In this document: positions 1 to 7,242 of the stretch, in pieces | Position numbering within the stretch: position 1 is the stretch's first letter | How the letters are laid out: each line of letters begins with the position of its first letter | Source: Treponema sp. | GTDB lineage: Bacteria; Spirochaetota; Spirochaetia; Treponematales; Breznakiellaceae | Assembly: GCA_031289935.1 (NCBI GenBank) | Contig: JAITON010000035.1 | Coordinates: 1 to 25,082 of the forward strand | Direction of reading: 5' to 3' | DNA: 25,082 nucleotides | Position numbers and translations under genes: made by a program | Notes under the pieces: model-generated | Seen by the model: only the letters and a program-made list of their open reading frames with translations | Told to the model about the DNA's origin: nothing | Databases searched by the model: none

Positions 1-504
1 CCGCGGCTTCATCAGCTCCGAGTAAAACCATATCCTGATAATCATATTGAAGATGCCGGAACTCAGATTGAGACCACCCCGGCCCGACGAGCGGCCGTTC
101 GAGGAACTGCCCCCAAACATGGTCAGCATCAGGGAAGCCAGGGCCAGAAGCATGAAGATGAGGAAGTAGCCCACCAGCATCACCATGATCCAGACCTTAA
201 AGACCGCCGTACCGCCAATCTTAAGCCCCCTTTTCAGGGCCTGCCCCGCCCGGCGGAGCCCGGCCCGGAAGCCCCGGTATTTGCTCGTAAAGCCCCGGGG
301 GAAGGAGTAGAGGATTTCCCCCGACTCGGTTACCTCGAGCCTGGCGGAATACTCATCGGCGGCCATGGGGACCAGTTCCCGAACCGTATGCAAAGGCATA
401 CCTGTTCGTGCGGCCATATCCGCCGCCGTGACCCCCTTCCGCTGCCGTTTGAGGGTATTGATCAGGGTTTGGTAATCCGCGTCCCTATTTCTTGTCGGGT
501 TCAT
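1..504 (-). CDS. Conserved hypothetical membrane protein (N-terminal part; runs off the left edge), resembling the cyanobacterial/chloroplast At5g03900-like family
   Basis: Not in the ORF track because it is open at the edge. Hand translation from ATG 504: MNPTRNRDADYQTLINTLKRQRKGVTAADMAARTGMPLHTVRELVPMAADEYSARLEVTESGEILYSFPRGF...VFKVWIMVMLVGYFLIFMLLALASLMLTMFGG..., with no stop in 168 codons. AGGAG lies 6 nt upstream and the ATG overlaps the TGA of the Rrf2 stump. It has an HTH-like segment, an L-E-V-x-E-x-G-E-I-L-Y-x-F-P motif and a long hydrophobic helix. The family link is from memory. Confidence 0.8.
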   Translation of the reverse strand, partial: MNPTRNRDADYQTLINTLKRQRKGVTAADMAARTGMPLHTVRELVPMAADEYSARLEVTESGEILYSFPRGFTSKYRGFRAGLRRAGQALKRGLKIGGTAVFKVWIMVMLVGYFLIFMLLALASLMLTMFGGSSSNGRSSGRGGLNLSSGIFNMIIRIWFYSELMKPR

Positions 505-617
505 GCGATGCTCCTATCAGCTAAGGCACTGATGGCCACCGGACTTCTATCCTTCGCTATGGCTGCCATGGTAAGGGATGCCCGGAGGGCATAACGGCCG
601 CGAGTTGTGATTCTCAT
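501..617 (-). pseudogene. Truncated Rrf2/IscR-family transcriptional regulator (38 aa; N-terminal part only)
   Basis: AAGGAGG (630-624) precedes ATG 617: MRITTRGRYALRASLTMAAIAKDRSPVAISALADRSIA*. The M-x-I-T-T-R-G-R-Y-A-L-R start is typical of Rrf2, but the ORF stops before the recognition helix and the next gene begins immediately. The listed 96-aa ORF 501..791 only adds AT-rich promoter DNA. Confidence 0.8.
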
Positions 618-650
618 AAAATGCCTCCTTATGTAAGATACTTTTTGACA

Positions 651-656
651 ATTATA
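651..656 (-). promoter_or_regulatory. Putative sigma70 -10 box for the rrf2-stump operon
   Basis: Perfect TATAAT on the minus strand (plus attata 651-656), about 20 nt upstream of the SD. No convincing -35 at 17-18 bp. Confidence 0.45.
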
Positions 657-735
657 ATAATCTATTTTCGAGAAAAAGGGAAGATAATTTTGAAAAAAAT
701 CATAGCTTCTTGAAAAAAGAGCTGAATTTATCCAC

Positions 736-765
736 TTGACAGGATTGACCGGTCTCTGATATGTT
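736..765 (+). promoter_or_regulatory. Sigma70 promoter for the sORF-rpsT operon
   Basis: TTGACA (736-741), 18-bp spacer, extended -10 TG-a-TATGTT (757-765). A-tracts upstream (TTGAAAAAA at 690-698 and 710-718) could act as an UP element. Confidence 0.65.
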
Positions 766-805
766 GGAAAGAAGAATATATGCGTAAGCATTAAGGAGAA
801 GGACT

Positions 806-976
806 ATGGCCCAGGCCAGTAAAAATTCGCGTACCACGAGCGCGACACAGAAGTTTTTTTGCTCCTGCGGGGGTGAAATCAAAATGAAGACGGTTTTTGA
901 GAATGGGAAAATCAAAAATCAAGCCGAATGCGAAAAATGCAAGCGGATCGAACGGCGTCCGTCGGACTTTAAATAA
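806..976 (+). CDS. Small basic zinc-ribbon protein (56 aa, CxC...CxxC)
   Basis: Below the ORF-track cutoff. AAGGAG/AAGGA SD, then ATG 806 to TAA 976: MAQASKNSRTTSATQKFFCSCGGEIKMKTVFENGKIKNQAECEKCKRIERRPSDFK. It fills the gap between the promoter and rpsT. Confidence 0.85.
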   Translation: MAQASKNSRTTSATQKFFCSCGGEIKMKTVFENGKIKNQAECEKCKRIERRPSDFK

Positions 977-988
977 TCGGAGTAATGT

Positions 989-1264
989 ATGGCAGGAAAA
1001 AGCAGTTCCGCTGAAAAGCGACACCGGCAGAGTGAAGAGCGCCGGCTCAGGAATAAGTCGGTCAAGACCGCAGTCAGGACCAGCGTGAAGAAATTCGTCA
1101 GTCTGGCCCAGCAGAAGAAGGCGGCCGAGGCCGAAGCGGCCCTGAAGGATATGGTCAAGAAGATCGATACCGCCGCCGGCAAAGGGATCCTCAAGAAGAA
1201 CGCTGCGGCCCGGAAAAAGTCCCGAATGCAGCGGCTTTTCAACTCCCTAAAAGCCGCCCAGTAA
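989..1264 (+). CDS. rpsT: 30S ribosomal protein S20
   Basis: SAEKRHRQSEERRLRNKSVKTAVRTSVKKF and KGILKKNAAARKKSR motifs; 91 aa, basic; GGAG SD. Confidence 0.97.
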   Translation: MAGKSSSAEKRHRQSEERRLRNKSVKTAVRTSVKKFVSLAQQKKAAEAEAALKDMVKKIDTAAGKGILKKNAAARKKSRMQRLFNSLKAAQ

Positions 1265-1299
1265 GGCCGGGCCCGGCTTGTAGGATACCGGGGAGCGAT

Positions 1300-1632
1300 A
1301 TGGCGGCGCATAAGCTTACCAAGGCTGATATTATCGACTCCGTATATCAAAAGACCGGGCTTGACCGTCAGGACGTTCGTGCTGTTATCGACCTTTTCTG
1401 CGGTGAGGTTAAAGGCGCCATGGTCCGGCAGGAGAGTGTGGAGCTCCGGGGCTTCGGTACTTTCGAGATACGGGTCCGCAAGGGCCGCCTTAAGGCCCGG
1501 AACCCCCGGACCGGCGAGAGTGTGTCGGTAAGTTCCCACGGTATCGCTGCTTTTAGACCTGGCCGGGAATTGAAACGTTCGGTCTGGAACTTGAAGGGTT
1601 CCGGGGAGTCTCCCAGCGAGGCCGAACCATGA
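1300..1632 (+). CDS. hup: HU/IHF-family DNA-binding protein
   Basis: KLTKADII N-terminus and the VELRGFGTFEIRVRKGR..ARNPRTGE signature. Confidence 0.95.
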   Translation: MAAHKLTKADIIDSVYQKTGLDRQDVRAVIDLFCGEVKGAMVRQESVELRGFGTFEIRVRKGRLKARNPRTGESVSVSSHGIAAFRPGRELKRSVWNLKGSGESPSEAEP

Positions 1633-3266
1633 GTATCCCTGGCAGGGGGGCCTGGATCCGGGCCCTCTTGGTCAACTTGGGGCTTTTGGCCTTGGGCAGT
1701 TTTCTTTTTGCCGCCTCTTTTCCCAATCCGCTTTTCGCCGGGGGGGGGGCGTTGTTGGCTTGGCTGGCCTATGTGCCGGTCTTTGTTCTCATCCGCCGGG
1801 TGAGCCTGAGGACTGCGGCCCTCTGGGGGGCTCTTTACGGCTATAGCGCCTACAGTCTTTTCAATTATTGGCTGGGGGCCTTCCATCCTCTGGCAGGCCT
1901 TTTTGTGGGGATCCTTTACCTGCTCTGGTTCACCTTCCTTTTCCCCCTGCTCAAGCTGGCCCTGATCTTTTTCCCGCGCCGGGGTTATCTGCTCCAGTGG
2001 CTCATCTGGCTGGCCTACGAATACCTGCGCACCCTGGGCTTCCTGGGTTATTCCTATGGGATCACGGGCTATTCTCAGTGGAGCTTCCTTCCGGTGATCC
2101 AGATTGCCGATCTCTTTGGGGTCTGGGCGGTCTCGGCCCTGGTAGTATTCTCATCGGCCTATATTGCTCAAGGTTTGACGAGTGTTGAGGTGCGTGGGTT
2201 TTTGGCCGGTATCCGCCGCGAATGGCTGCCGGGGTTGCTCTGGACCTGCGCCCTTATCGCGTCCTTGGTCTACGGCCTGGTTATGACGCGGGACTATGCA
2301 AACCGGGACTATTCCCCGGAGGAGACAGCCCGGATCGCCCTGATACAGAGCAATGAAAGCCCCTGGGCCGACGGGGTGGTGGCATACCGGGAAAAGTTCC
2401 GGGTCCTAAGGCGTCTTTCCGGGGAGGCCCTGGAAGCCGAACCTCAGCCTGACCTGGTGGTTTGGCCCGAAACTGCCTTTGCCCCCCGGATTTACTGGCA
2501 TCTCCACTACCGGGACGATTACGATTCCTACGAGATGGTGGAACTGGTCAAGGAATTGTCGGCCTATATGGAGGTCCAAGAGGTTCCCTTTCTCATCGGC
2601 AATGATGACGGACGGAAAGAGGTCAACGCGGCGGGCCAGTGGGAACGGGTGGACTATAACGCGGCCATTTTTTTTACCCCGGGCAAGGAGCCGGAGATAT
2701 ACCGGAAGATGCATCTGGTGCCTTTTACGGAACATTTCCCCTACAAAGATCGCTTTCCCGGCTTCTATCAGTATCTCCTGGCAGCGAATACCCATCAGTG
2801 GACGGCCGGGAAGGAGGCCCTGATCTTCGAACAGGGGAGGCTGCGCTTTGCCACACCGATTTGTTTTGAGGATACCTTTGGGGACCTTCCCCGGGAATTT
2901 GTCCTGGGGGGAGCGAACTTCCTGGCGAACATATCCAACGATGCCTGGTCCGGGACGCTCTCCTGCCAGATGCAGCACCTGGGCATGGCGGTGTTTCGGG
3001 CCGTGGAGAACCGTCGTTCCCTGGTACGGGCTACCGCCACGGGCCAGACCTGCGGCATCGGCCCCGATGGGAGGATTATCGCCATGGCTGAGCCCTTTAC
3101 CGAGACGGTCCTGGCCCTGGACATTCCCTTGTTGGAGGAGCAGAGTCTCTATACTCGGCTGGGCGATATTTTGGGACAAATTTTCGTCATTCTGGCCCTT
3201 ATCATCTTGTTTAGCGGCGCGGCTTGGCGTATAATAAAGAGTATTAAGGAGAGAAGAACAGCGTGA
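1629..3266 (+). CDS. lnt: Apolipoprotein N-acyltransferase
   Basis: N-terminal TM helices plus a nitrilase-fold triad: WPETA (E), YRKMHLVPFTE (K), ICFED (C); also NDAW and RAVENRRSLVRATATG. ATGA overlap with hup. Confidence 0.96.
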   Translation: MSIPGRGAWIRALLVNLGLLALGSFLFAASFPNPLFAGGGALLAWLAYVPVFVLIRRVSLRTAALWGALYGYSAYSLFNYWLGAFHPLAGLFVGILYLLWFTFLFPLLKLALIFFPRRGYLLQWLIWLAYEYLRTLGFLGYSYGITGYSQWSFLPVIQIADLFGVWAVSALVVFSSAYIAQGLTSVEVRGFLAGIRREWLPGLLWTCALIASLVYGLVMTRDYANRDYSPEETARIALIQSNESPWADGVVAYREKFRVLRRLSGEALEAEPQPDLVVWPETAFAPRIYWHLHYRDDYDSYEMVELVKELSAYMEVQEVPFLIGNDDGRKEVNAAGQWERVDYNAAIFFTPGKEPEIYRKMHLVPFTEHFPYKDRFPGFYQYLLAANTHQWTAGKEALIFEQGRLRFATPICFEDTFGDLPREFVLGGANFLANISNDAWSGTLSCQMQHLGMAVFRAVENRRSLVRATATGQTCGIGPDGRIIAMAEPFTETVLALDIPLLEEQSLYTRLGDILGQIFVILALIILFSGAAWRIIKSIKERRTA

Positions 3267-3964
3267 GTTCCCGAAAAAAAATACTCATCGTTGATGATGA
3301 GTCTGCTAATCTTGATTTTTTTGATGTCATGCTTTCCAAACTGGGTTTCAGCGTTGAGCGGGCGGAGAACGGGTTTACGGCCTTGGAAAAGGTGAAGTGG
3401 TTTTTTCCGGACCTAATTCTTTTGGACAATATTATGCCCAAGATGTCCGGCTGGGAGCTTACCAGGATTCTGAAGGAAGATATCAAGCTTCGGGAGATCC
3501 CTATCATCATGCTTTCGGGGCTCGCGGACGTGAAGGACAAGGTCGAGGGCTTTGAGCTGGGGATAGACGACTATATTACCAAGCCCTTTAATTTTTCCGA
3601 GGTTTTGGCCCGGATCCGGGCGGTGTTGCGAAACCGGGAATTTTTCGCCCAGATCGTGGTCCGGGAGACCCGGCTGGGTATGGCCGAGGCCCTGAACACC
3701 GACCTGAAGCAAGGTGTGGCGGAGTTCCACAGGGGTATGGACGAGCTGGACCGCCGTATCGTCGCCCTGGAGAACGGCTCTCTCAAGGGGGATGCCCTCC
3801 TCTCGGGTCTTAAGGACCAGAGCGAGCGGGTGCGGAAATCCGTTGCGGAACTGGATGTTCGAATTGAAAAAACCACCTCTGAGTGGGCGGACCTCAAGAA
3901 AGGCGAGATAGGCATCCAGGCATTGGAAAAGCAGATACGCATGAAAGCGGAGCAAGAGGAATAG
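3263..3964 (+). CDS. Response regulator: OmpR-like receiver domain with a C-terminal coiled coil and no recognisable DNA-binding domain
   Basis: ILIVDDE...DLILLDNIMPKMSG...PIIMLSG...DDYITKPF..EVLARIRAVLR, followed by about 100 aa of heptad-like helix. GTGA overlap with lnt. Confidence 0.9.
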   Translation: MSSRKKILIVDDESANLDFFDVMLSKLGFSVERAENGFTALEKVKWFFPDLILLDNIMPKMSGWELTRILKEDIKLREIPIIMLSGLADVKDKVEGFELGIDDYITKPFNFSEVLARIRAVLRNREFFAQIVVRETRLGMAEALNTDLKQGVAEFHRGMDELDRRIVALENGSLKGDALLSGLKDQSERVRKSVAELDVRIEKTTSEWADLKKGEIGIQALEKQIRMKAEQEE

Positions 3965-3966
3965 TT

Positions 3967-4386
3967 ATGGCAAAGACTGAAGGTAAAAAGAAGGACGAAA
4001 AGATCGTTATCTTCGATAATAGTACGGATTTTAACGGATTTCTCCGGTTCAAGGAGACGCTTTGTATTCAGGGGAAATTCCGGGGGACCATTGAGGCCGT
4101 GGGGGTCCTTATTGTGGACCGGGGGGCGATGGTAGAAGCCGACCATATTTCGGTGAACTCCCTCTTTGTCTATGGAACGGTGATCGGGGCGGTTCGTGCC
4201 TTGGACAAGGTGGATATGTTGGCCGGGGCCGAGATCCGGGGGGATGTAACCGCCGCCCGGCTCAGGATCGCCGACGGGGTACTTTTTGAGGGCCAATGCA
4301 GTATGACCCGGGCAGAAAACGAGGTGGAAATCTTCTCCCGGCCCACCGAGGAGATCAAGGCCGAGCTCCAGCGTGCCCATGCCTGA
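3967..4386 (+). CDS. Bactofilin (polymer-forming cytoskeletal protein)
   Basis: Beta-helix repeats FNGFLRFKETLCIQGKFRGTIEAVGVLIVDRGAMVEADH...VYGTVIGAVRA...IRGDVTAARLRIADGVLFEGQC. Start placed at ATG 3967, just after the regulator's stop. Confidence 0.92.
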   Translation: MAKTEGKKKDEKIVIFDNSTDFNGFLRFKETLCIQGKFRGTIEAVGVLIVDRGAMVEADHISVNSLFVYGTVIGAVRALDKVDMLAGAEIRGDVTAARLRIADGVLFEGQCSMTRAENEVEIFSRPTEEIKAELQRAHA

Positions 4387-4852
4387 GTCCATCGCAATCC
4401 GGCTCGTCCGTCTGGCCGGAAAAAAAGGCATGCGTATTGCCGTAGCCGAATCCTGTACTGCGGGCCTCGTGGCCTCTCTTCTGGGGGAGGTTCCCGGGGC
4501 CTCCCGGGTCTTGTGGGGTTCCCTGGTGACCTATACTCCGGAGGCTAAAATCGCCCTGTTAGGGCTGGACCGGGAACTCCTGGAGCGGTGCGGGGAGGTG
4601 AGCCAGGAAACGGCCCTGGCCATGGCGACGGGTGCCCGGGGAAAGAGCGGTGCGGCCTTGGCCGTCTCGGTAACGGGCCTAGCCGGTCCTGAGGGCGACA
4701 GTTCCGGTCTCCCGGTGGGGACGGTTTGGATAGGCATCTCCTCGGTCATCGGCGAGGAGGCCCGGGAATATCACTTTACTGGAAAGCGGAATCAGATTCG
4801 TTTGGCCGCCGCCCGGGAAGCCTTGGGGTTTCTTTGCCGCAGCATAGAATAA
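4379..4852 (+). CDS. CinA C-terminal domain protein / NMN deamidase (PncC-like)
   Basis: IAVAESCTAGLVA...VPGASRV.WGSLVTY...VSQETALAMA...SVTGLAGPEG...VGTVWIG...RNQIR. The ATG overlaps the bactofilin stop by 8 nt (ATGCCTGA). Confidence 0.92.
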   Translation: MPESIAIRLVRLAGKKGMRIAVAESCTAGLVASLLGEVPGASRVLWGSLVTYTPEAKIALLGLDRELLERCGEVSQETALAMATGARGKSGAALAVSVTGLAGPEGDSSGLPVGTVWIGISSVIGEEAREYHFTGKRNQIRLAAAREALGFLCRSIE

Positions 4853-4943
4853 TTCTTCTCTGGGGTAACCTCGAGGAGTTTGACGATGACGTATCGCCGT
4901 TGATGGTGCATAAATAAATTTTCTCTGAGAAAGTCCGAAAGAC

Positions 4944-4972
4944 TTGACAAAAAGATGAAAAGGGGATATTTT
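4944..4972 (+). promoter_or_regulatory. Sigma70 promoter of rho-rpmE
   Basis: TTGACA (4944-4949), 17 bp, TATTTT (4967-4972) in an AT-rich intergenic region. Confidence 0.65.
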
Positions 4973-5065
4973 TATATAAAGTTTTTCAAATGAACAATAA
5001 GCGAACAGGAATAGATTACATTTGATTCTCATACCCGATACGATTTTGATAAACGGAGTCATTTT

Positions 5066-6781
5066 ATGGCCTTATTAAGGAAAAGCAGAACAGTAAATCC
5101 TGTGGAACCGATGGCAGATTCAGAGGATCTTTTCCCGGCGGAAAACTCGGCCCCAACCGCAGTCCCGGTCGAAGAGGAGGCCGTTGAACGGCCCAAGCTG
5201 GTGGTGCGGGCCAGGACCCGGCGCGAGGATTCCGGGGAGCCGGGGGCCCACCGCGATTCGGGACGGTCCAGGGGACGATCCCGTGGAAGGGAGCCCTACG
5301 GAGCCGCATTCAACGGCCCGGTCCCCCAGTTCGAGGCCGCCGCGCAACCGAGGGATTATGTCGATCCGGCTGCGAATGAGGCTGGCGGCGCTATTGTTTT
5401 TACGGGCGCCAATGCCCCGGGGGAGGGCACACCTATACATTTGCCCTCTATGCCGGACCTCTACGGACGGCCAGAACCCCGGATGGATCAGGATAACGGT
5501 AAACCCCGGCTCACCATCAACGAGTTGATACGCCTGAACATGATCGACCTGCGGGAACTGGCATCCAGTTACAACATTAGCCATGACGATATGGTGGCTC
5601 TGAAAAAGCAGGAGATCGTCTTTTCGGTGCTCAAGGCCCATACGGAGCGGGGCGGGGTCATCTACGCCTACGGTTCCCTGGAAATTCTGCCCGATGGCTA
5701 TGGTTTCCTTAGGAGCCCCCAGAACTCTTACCTGCCGGGACCCGATGATATCTACATCAGCCCCAGTCAAATTAGGCTTTTTGCCCTCAAGACCGGAGAC
5801 ACGGTCTACGGACAGATCCGCAGCCCCAAGGAAGGGGAGCGTTTCTTCGCTATGCTGCGGGTGGAGACCGTGAACTACGACGATCCCACGGTGGCCCAGA
5901 ACCGGATTCCCTTTGACAACCTGACGCCCCTGGAGCCCGACGAGACGCTGGACTTAGAAACCACCCCCGAGGGGGTTAGCGAGCGGATCATCAACCTCTT
6001 CTGCCCTATCGGCAAAGGCCAGCGGGCCCTCATCGTGGCGCCCCCCCGGACGGGTAAAACTATCATGATGCAGAAGATCGCTAATGCCATCACCAGGAAC
6101 CACCCCGGGGTTTACCTCATCGTGCTGCTCATCGACGAGCGGCCCGAGGAGGTTACCGACATGGAACGGACCGTTCGGGCGGAGGTTATTTCCTCGACCT
6201 TTGACGAGCAGGCCAGCCGGCATGTCCAGGTAACGGAAATGGTTCTGGAAAAGGCCAAGCGCTTGGTGGAGCATAAGAAAGATGTGGTGATCCTTCTGGA
6301 CTCCATCACACGTCTTGCCCGGGCCTACAACCAGACCGTACCAGCCTCAGGCAAGATACTGTCCGGCGGTGTTGACAGCAATGCCCTGCACAAGCCCAAG
6401 CGCTTCTTTGGAGCCGCCCGGAACATCGAAGAGGGGGGGAGTCTGACCATCATCAGCACGGCCCTGATCGAGACCGGAAGTCGTATGGACGAGGTTATTT
6501 TCGAGGAATTTAAGGGTACCGGCAACAACGAAATTGACCTGGACCGGCGCATCAGCGACCGCCGGCTCTTTCCGGCCATCAACATCAAGAAATCCGGCAC
6601 CAGGAAGGAGGAACTGCTCCTCTCCGAAAAGGAACTCCAGAAGATTTGGATACTCCGCAAGGTCATCAACCCTATGGACGATATCGAAATCATCGAATTG
6701 CTGGTTGACAAAATGAAGAAAAGCAAGAATAATGAAGCATTCCTGAATTCGATGAATACCGGTTCCGCCGGGATGGATTGA
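5066..6781 (+). CDS. rho: Transcription termination factor Rho with a ~147-aa N-terminal extension
   Basis: [87 protein letters not shown]. Confidence 0.98.
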   Translation: MALLRKSRTVNPVEPMADSEDLFPAENSAPTAVPVEEEAVERPKLVVRARTRREDSGEPGAHRDSGRSRGRSRGREPYGAAFNGPVPQFEAAAQPRDYVDPAANEAGGAIVFTGANAPGEGTPIHLPSMPDLYGRPEPRMDQDNGKPRLTINELIRLNMIDLRELASSYNISHDDMVALKKQEIVFSVLKAHTERGGVIYAYGSLEILPDGYGFLRSPQNSYLPGPDDIYISPSQIRLFALKTGDTVYGQIRSPKEGERFFAMLRVETVNYDDPTVAQNRIPFDNLTPLEPDETLDLETTPEGVSERIINLFCPIGKGQRALIVAPPRTGKTIMMQKIANAITRNHPGVYLIVLLIDERPEEVTDMERTVRAEVISSTFDEQASRHVQVTEMVLEKAKRLVEHKKDVVILLDSITRLARAYNQTVPASGKILSGGVDSNALHKPKRFFGAARNIEEGGSLTIISTALIETGSRMDEVIFEEFKGTGNNEIDLDRRISDRRLFPAINIKKSGTRKEELLLSEKELQKIWILRKVINPMDDIEIIELLVDKMKKSKNNEAFLNSMNTGSAGMD

Positions 6782-6799
6782 GATAGTTTTGGAGGATAT

Positions 6800-7003
6800 A
6801 TGCAAAAGAAGATTCACCCCAAGTACGAGGTAACGAAGATTACCTGCGCCTGCGGGAATGTGATCGAAACCCGCTCGACCGTGAAGGATATCAAAGTGGA
6901 AATTTGCTCCGCCTGCCACCCTTTCTTTACGGGCAAACAGAAGCTGGTGGATACCGCCGGCCGGATTGAGCGCTTTAGAAGAAAGTACAATATCAAGGAT
7001 TAG
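6800..7003 (+). CDS. rpmE: 50S ribosomal protein L31 (zinc-binding, C+ type)
   Basis: MQKKIHPKY...CACG...[26 protein letters not shown]; GGAGG SD. Confidence 0.97.
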   Translation: MQKKIHPKYEVTKITCACGNVIETRSTVKDIKVEICSACHPFFTGKQKLVDTAGRIERFRRKYNIKD

Positions 7004-7040
7004 TCCCGGCCGTCTCGGGAAGCGCTAAAAAACACCATCG

Positions 7041-7086
7041 AGCGTGCGCTAGGGCCCTCGTGCAGCGTGCGCCAGGGTTCTCGTGC
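7041..7086. repeat. Tandem duplication, 2 x 23 bp
   Basis: AGCGTGCGCTAGGGCCCTCGTGC (7041-7063) and AGCGTGCGCCAGGGTTCTCGTGC (7064-7086); 20/23 identical. Confidence 0.9.
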
Positions 7087-7097
7087 CTTCAGAGCGC

Positions 7098-7220
7098 CTG
7101 ACAGCCTCGTATCAGCCGCTCAAACCAATGGTGGGGTGTCACTCAAACCAACGGTGGTGTGTCACTCAAACCAACGGTGGTGCGCGGCATGCAAGCATGC
7201 TTCTCAAACCAACGGTGGTG
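7098..7220. repeat. Array of 18-bp modules, with a 23-bp period in part
   Basis: CTGACAGCCTCGTATCAG (7098-7115), then CTCAAACCAA(T/C)GGTGG(G/T)G at 7119, 7142, 7165 and 7203. Spacers are tgtca, tgtca, then 20 nt containing the palindrome AAGCATGCTT. Confidence 0.92.
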
Positions 7221-7242
7221 CGTCCGGTGGGCCGGGGCCGCG

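Noticed and set aside
618-791. N-terminal 58 aa of the listed 96-aa ORF
   Set aside because: It spans the AT-rich divergent promoter; the AAGGAGG SD points to ATG 617.
897-1088. 63-aa plus-strand ORF and 77-aa minus-strand ORF 791..1024
   Set aside because: Out-of-frame or antisense overlaps with the Zn-ribbon sORF and rpsT; no SD.
1264-1279. Palindrome GCCGGGCCCGGC after rpsT as an intrinsic terminator
   Set aside because: Only TT follows and hup starts about 20 nt later; at most a stabilising or attenuating hairpin.
3883-3966. Upstream start for bactofilin
   Set aside because: Overlaps the regulator by about 80 nt; ATG 3967 gives a normal-length protein.
4726-4917. 63-aa ORF overlapping the cinA 3' end
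   Set aside because: Two-thirds out of frame within cinA; no SD or motif.
7119-7220. Four CTCAAACCAACGGTGGTG repeats as a mini-CRISPR array
   Set aside because: The repeat is only 18 bp; spacers are 5, 5 and 20 bp, two of them identical; no leader or cas gene is nearby.
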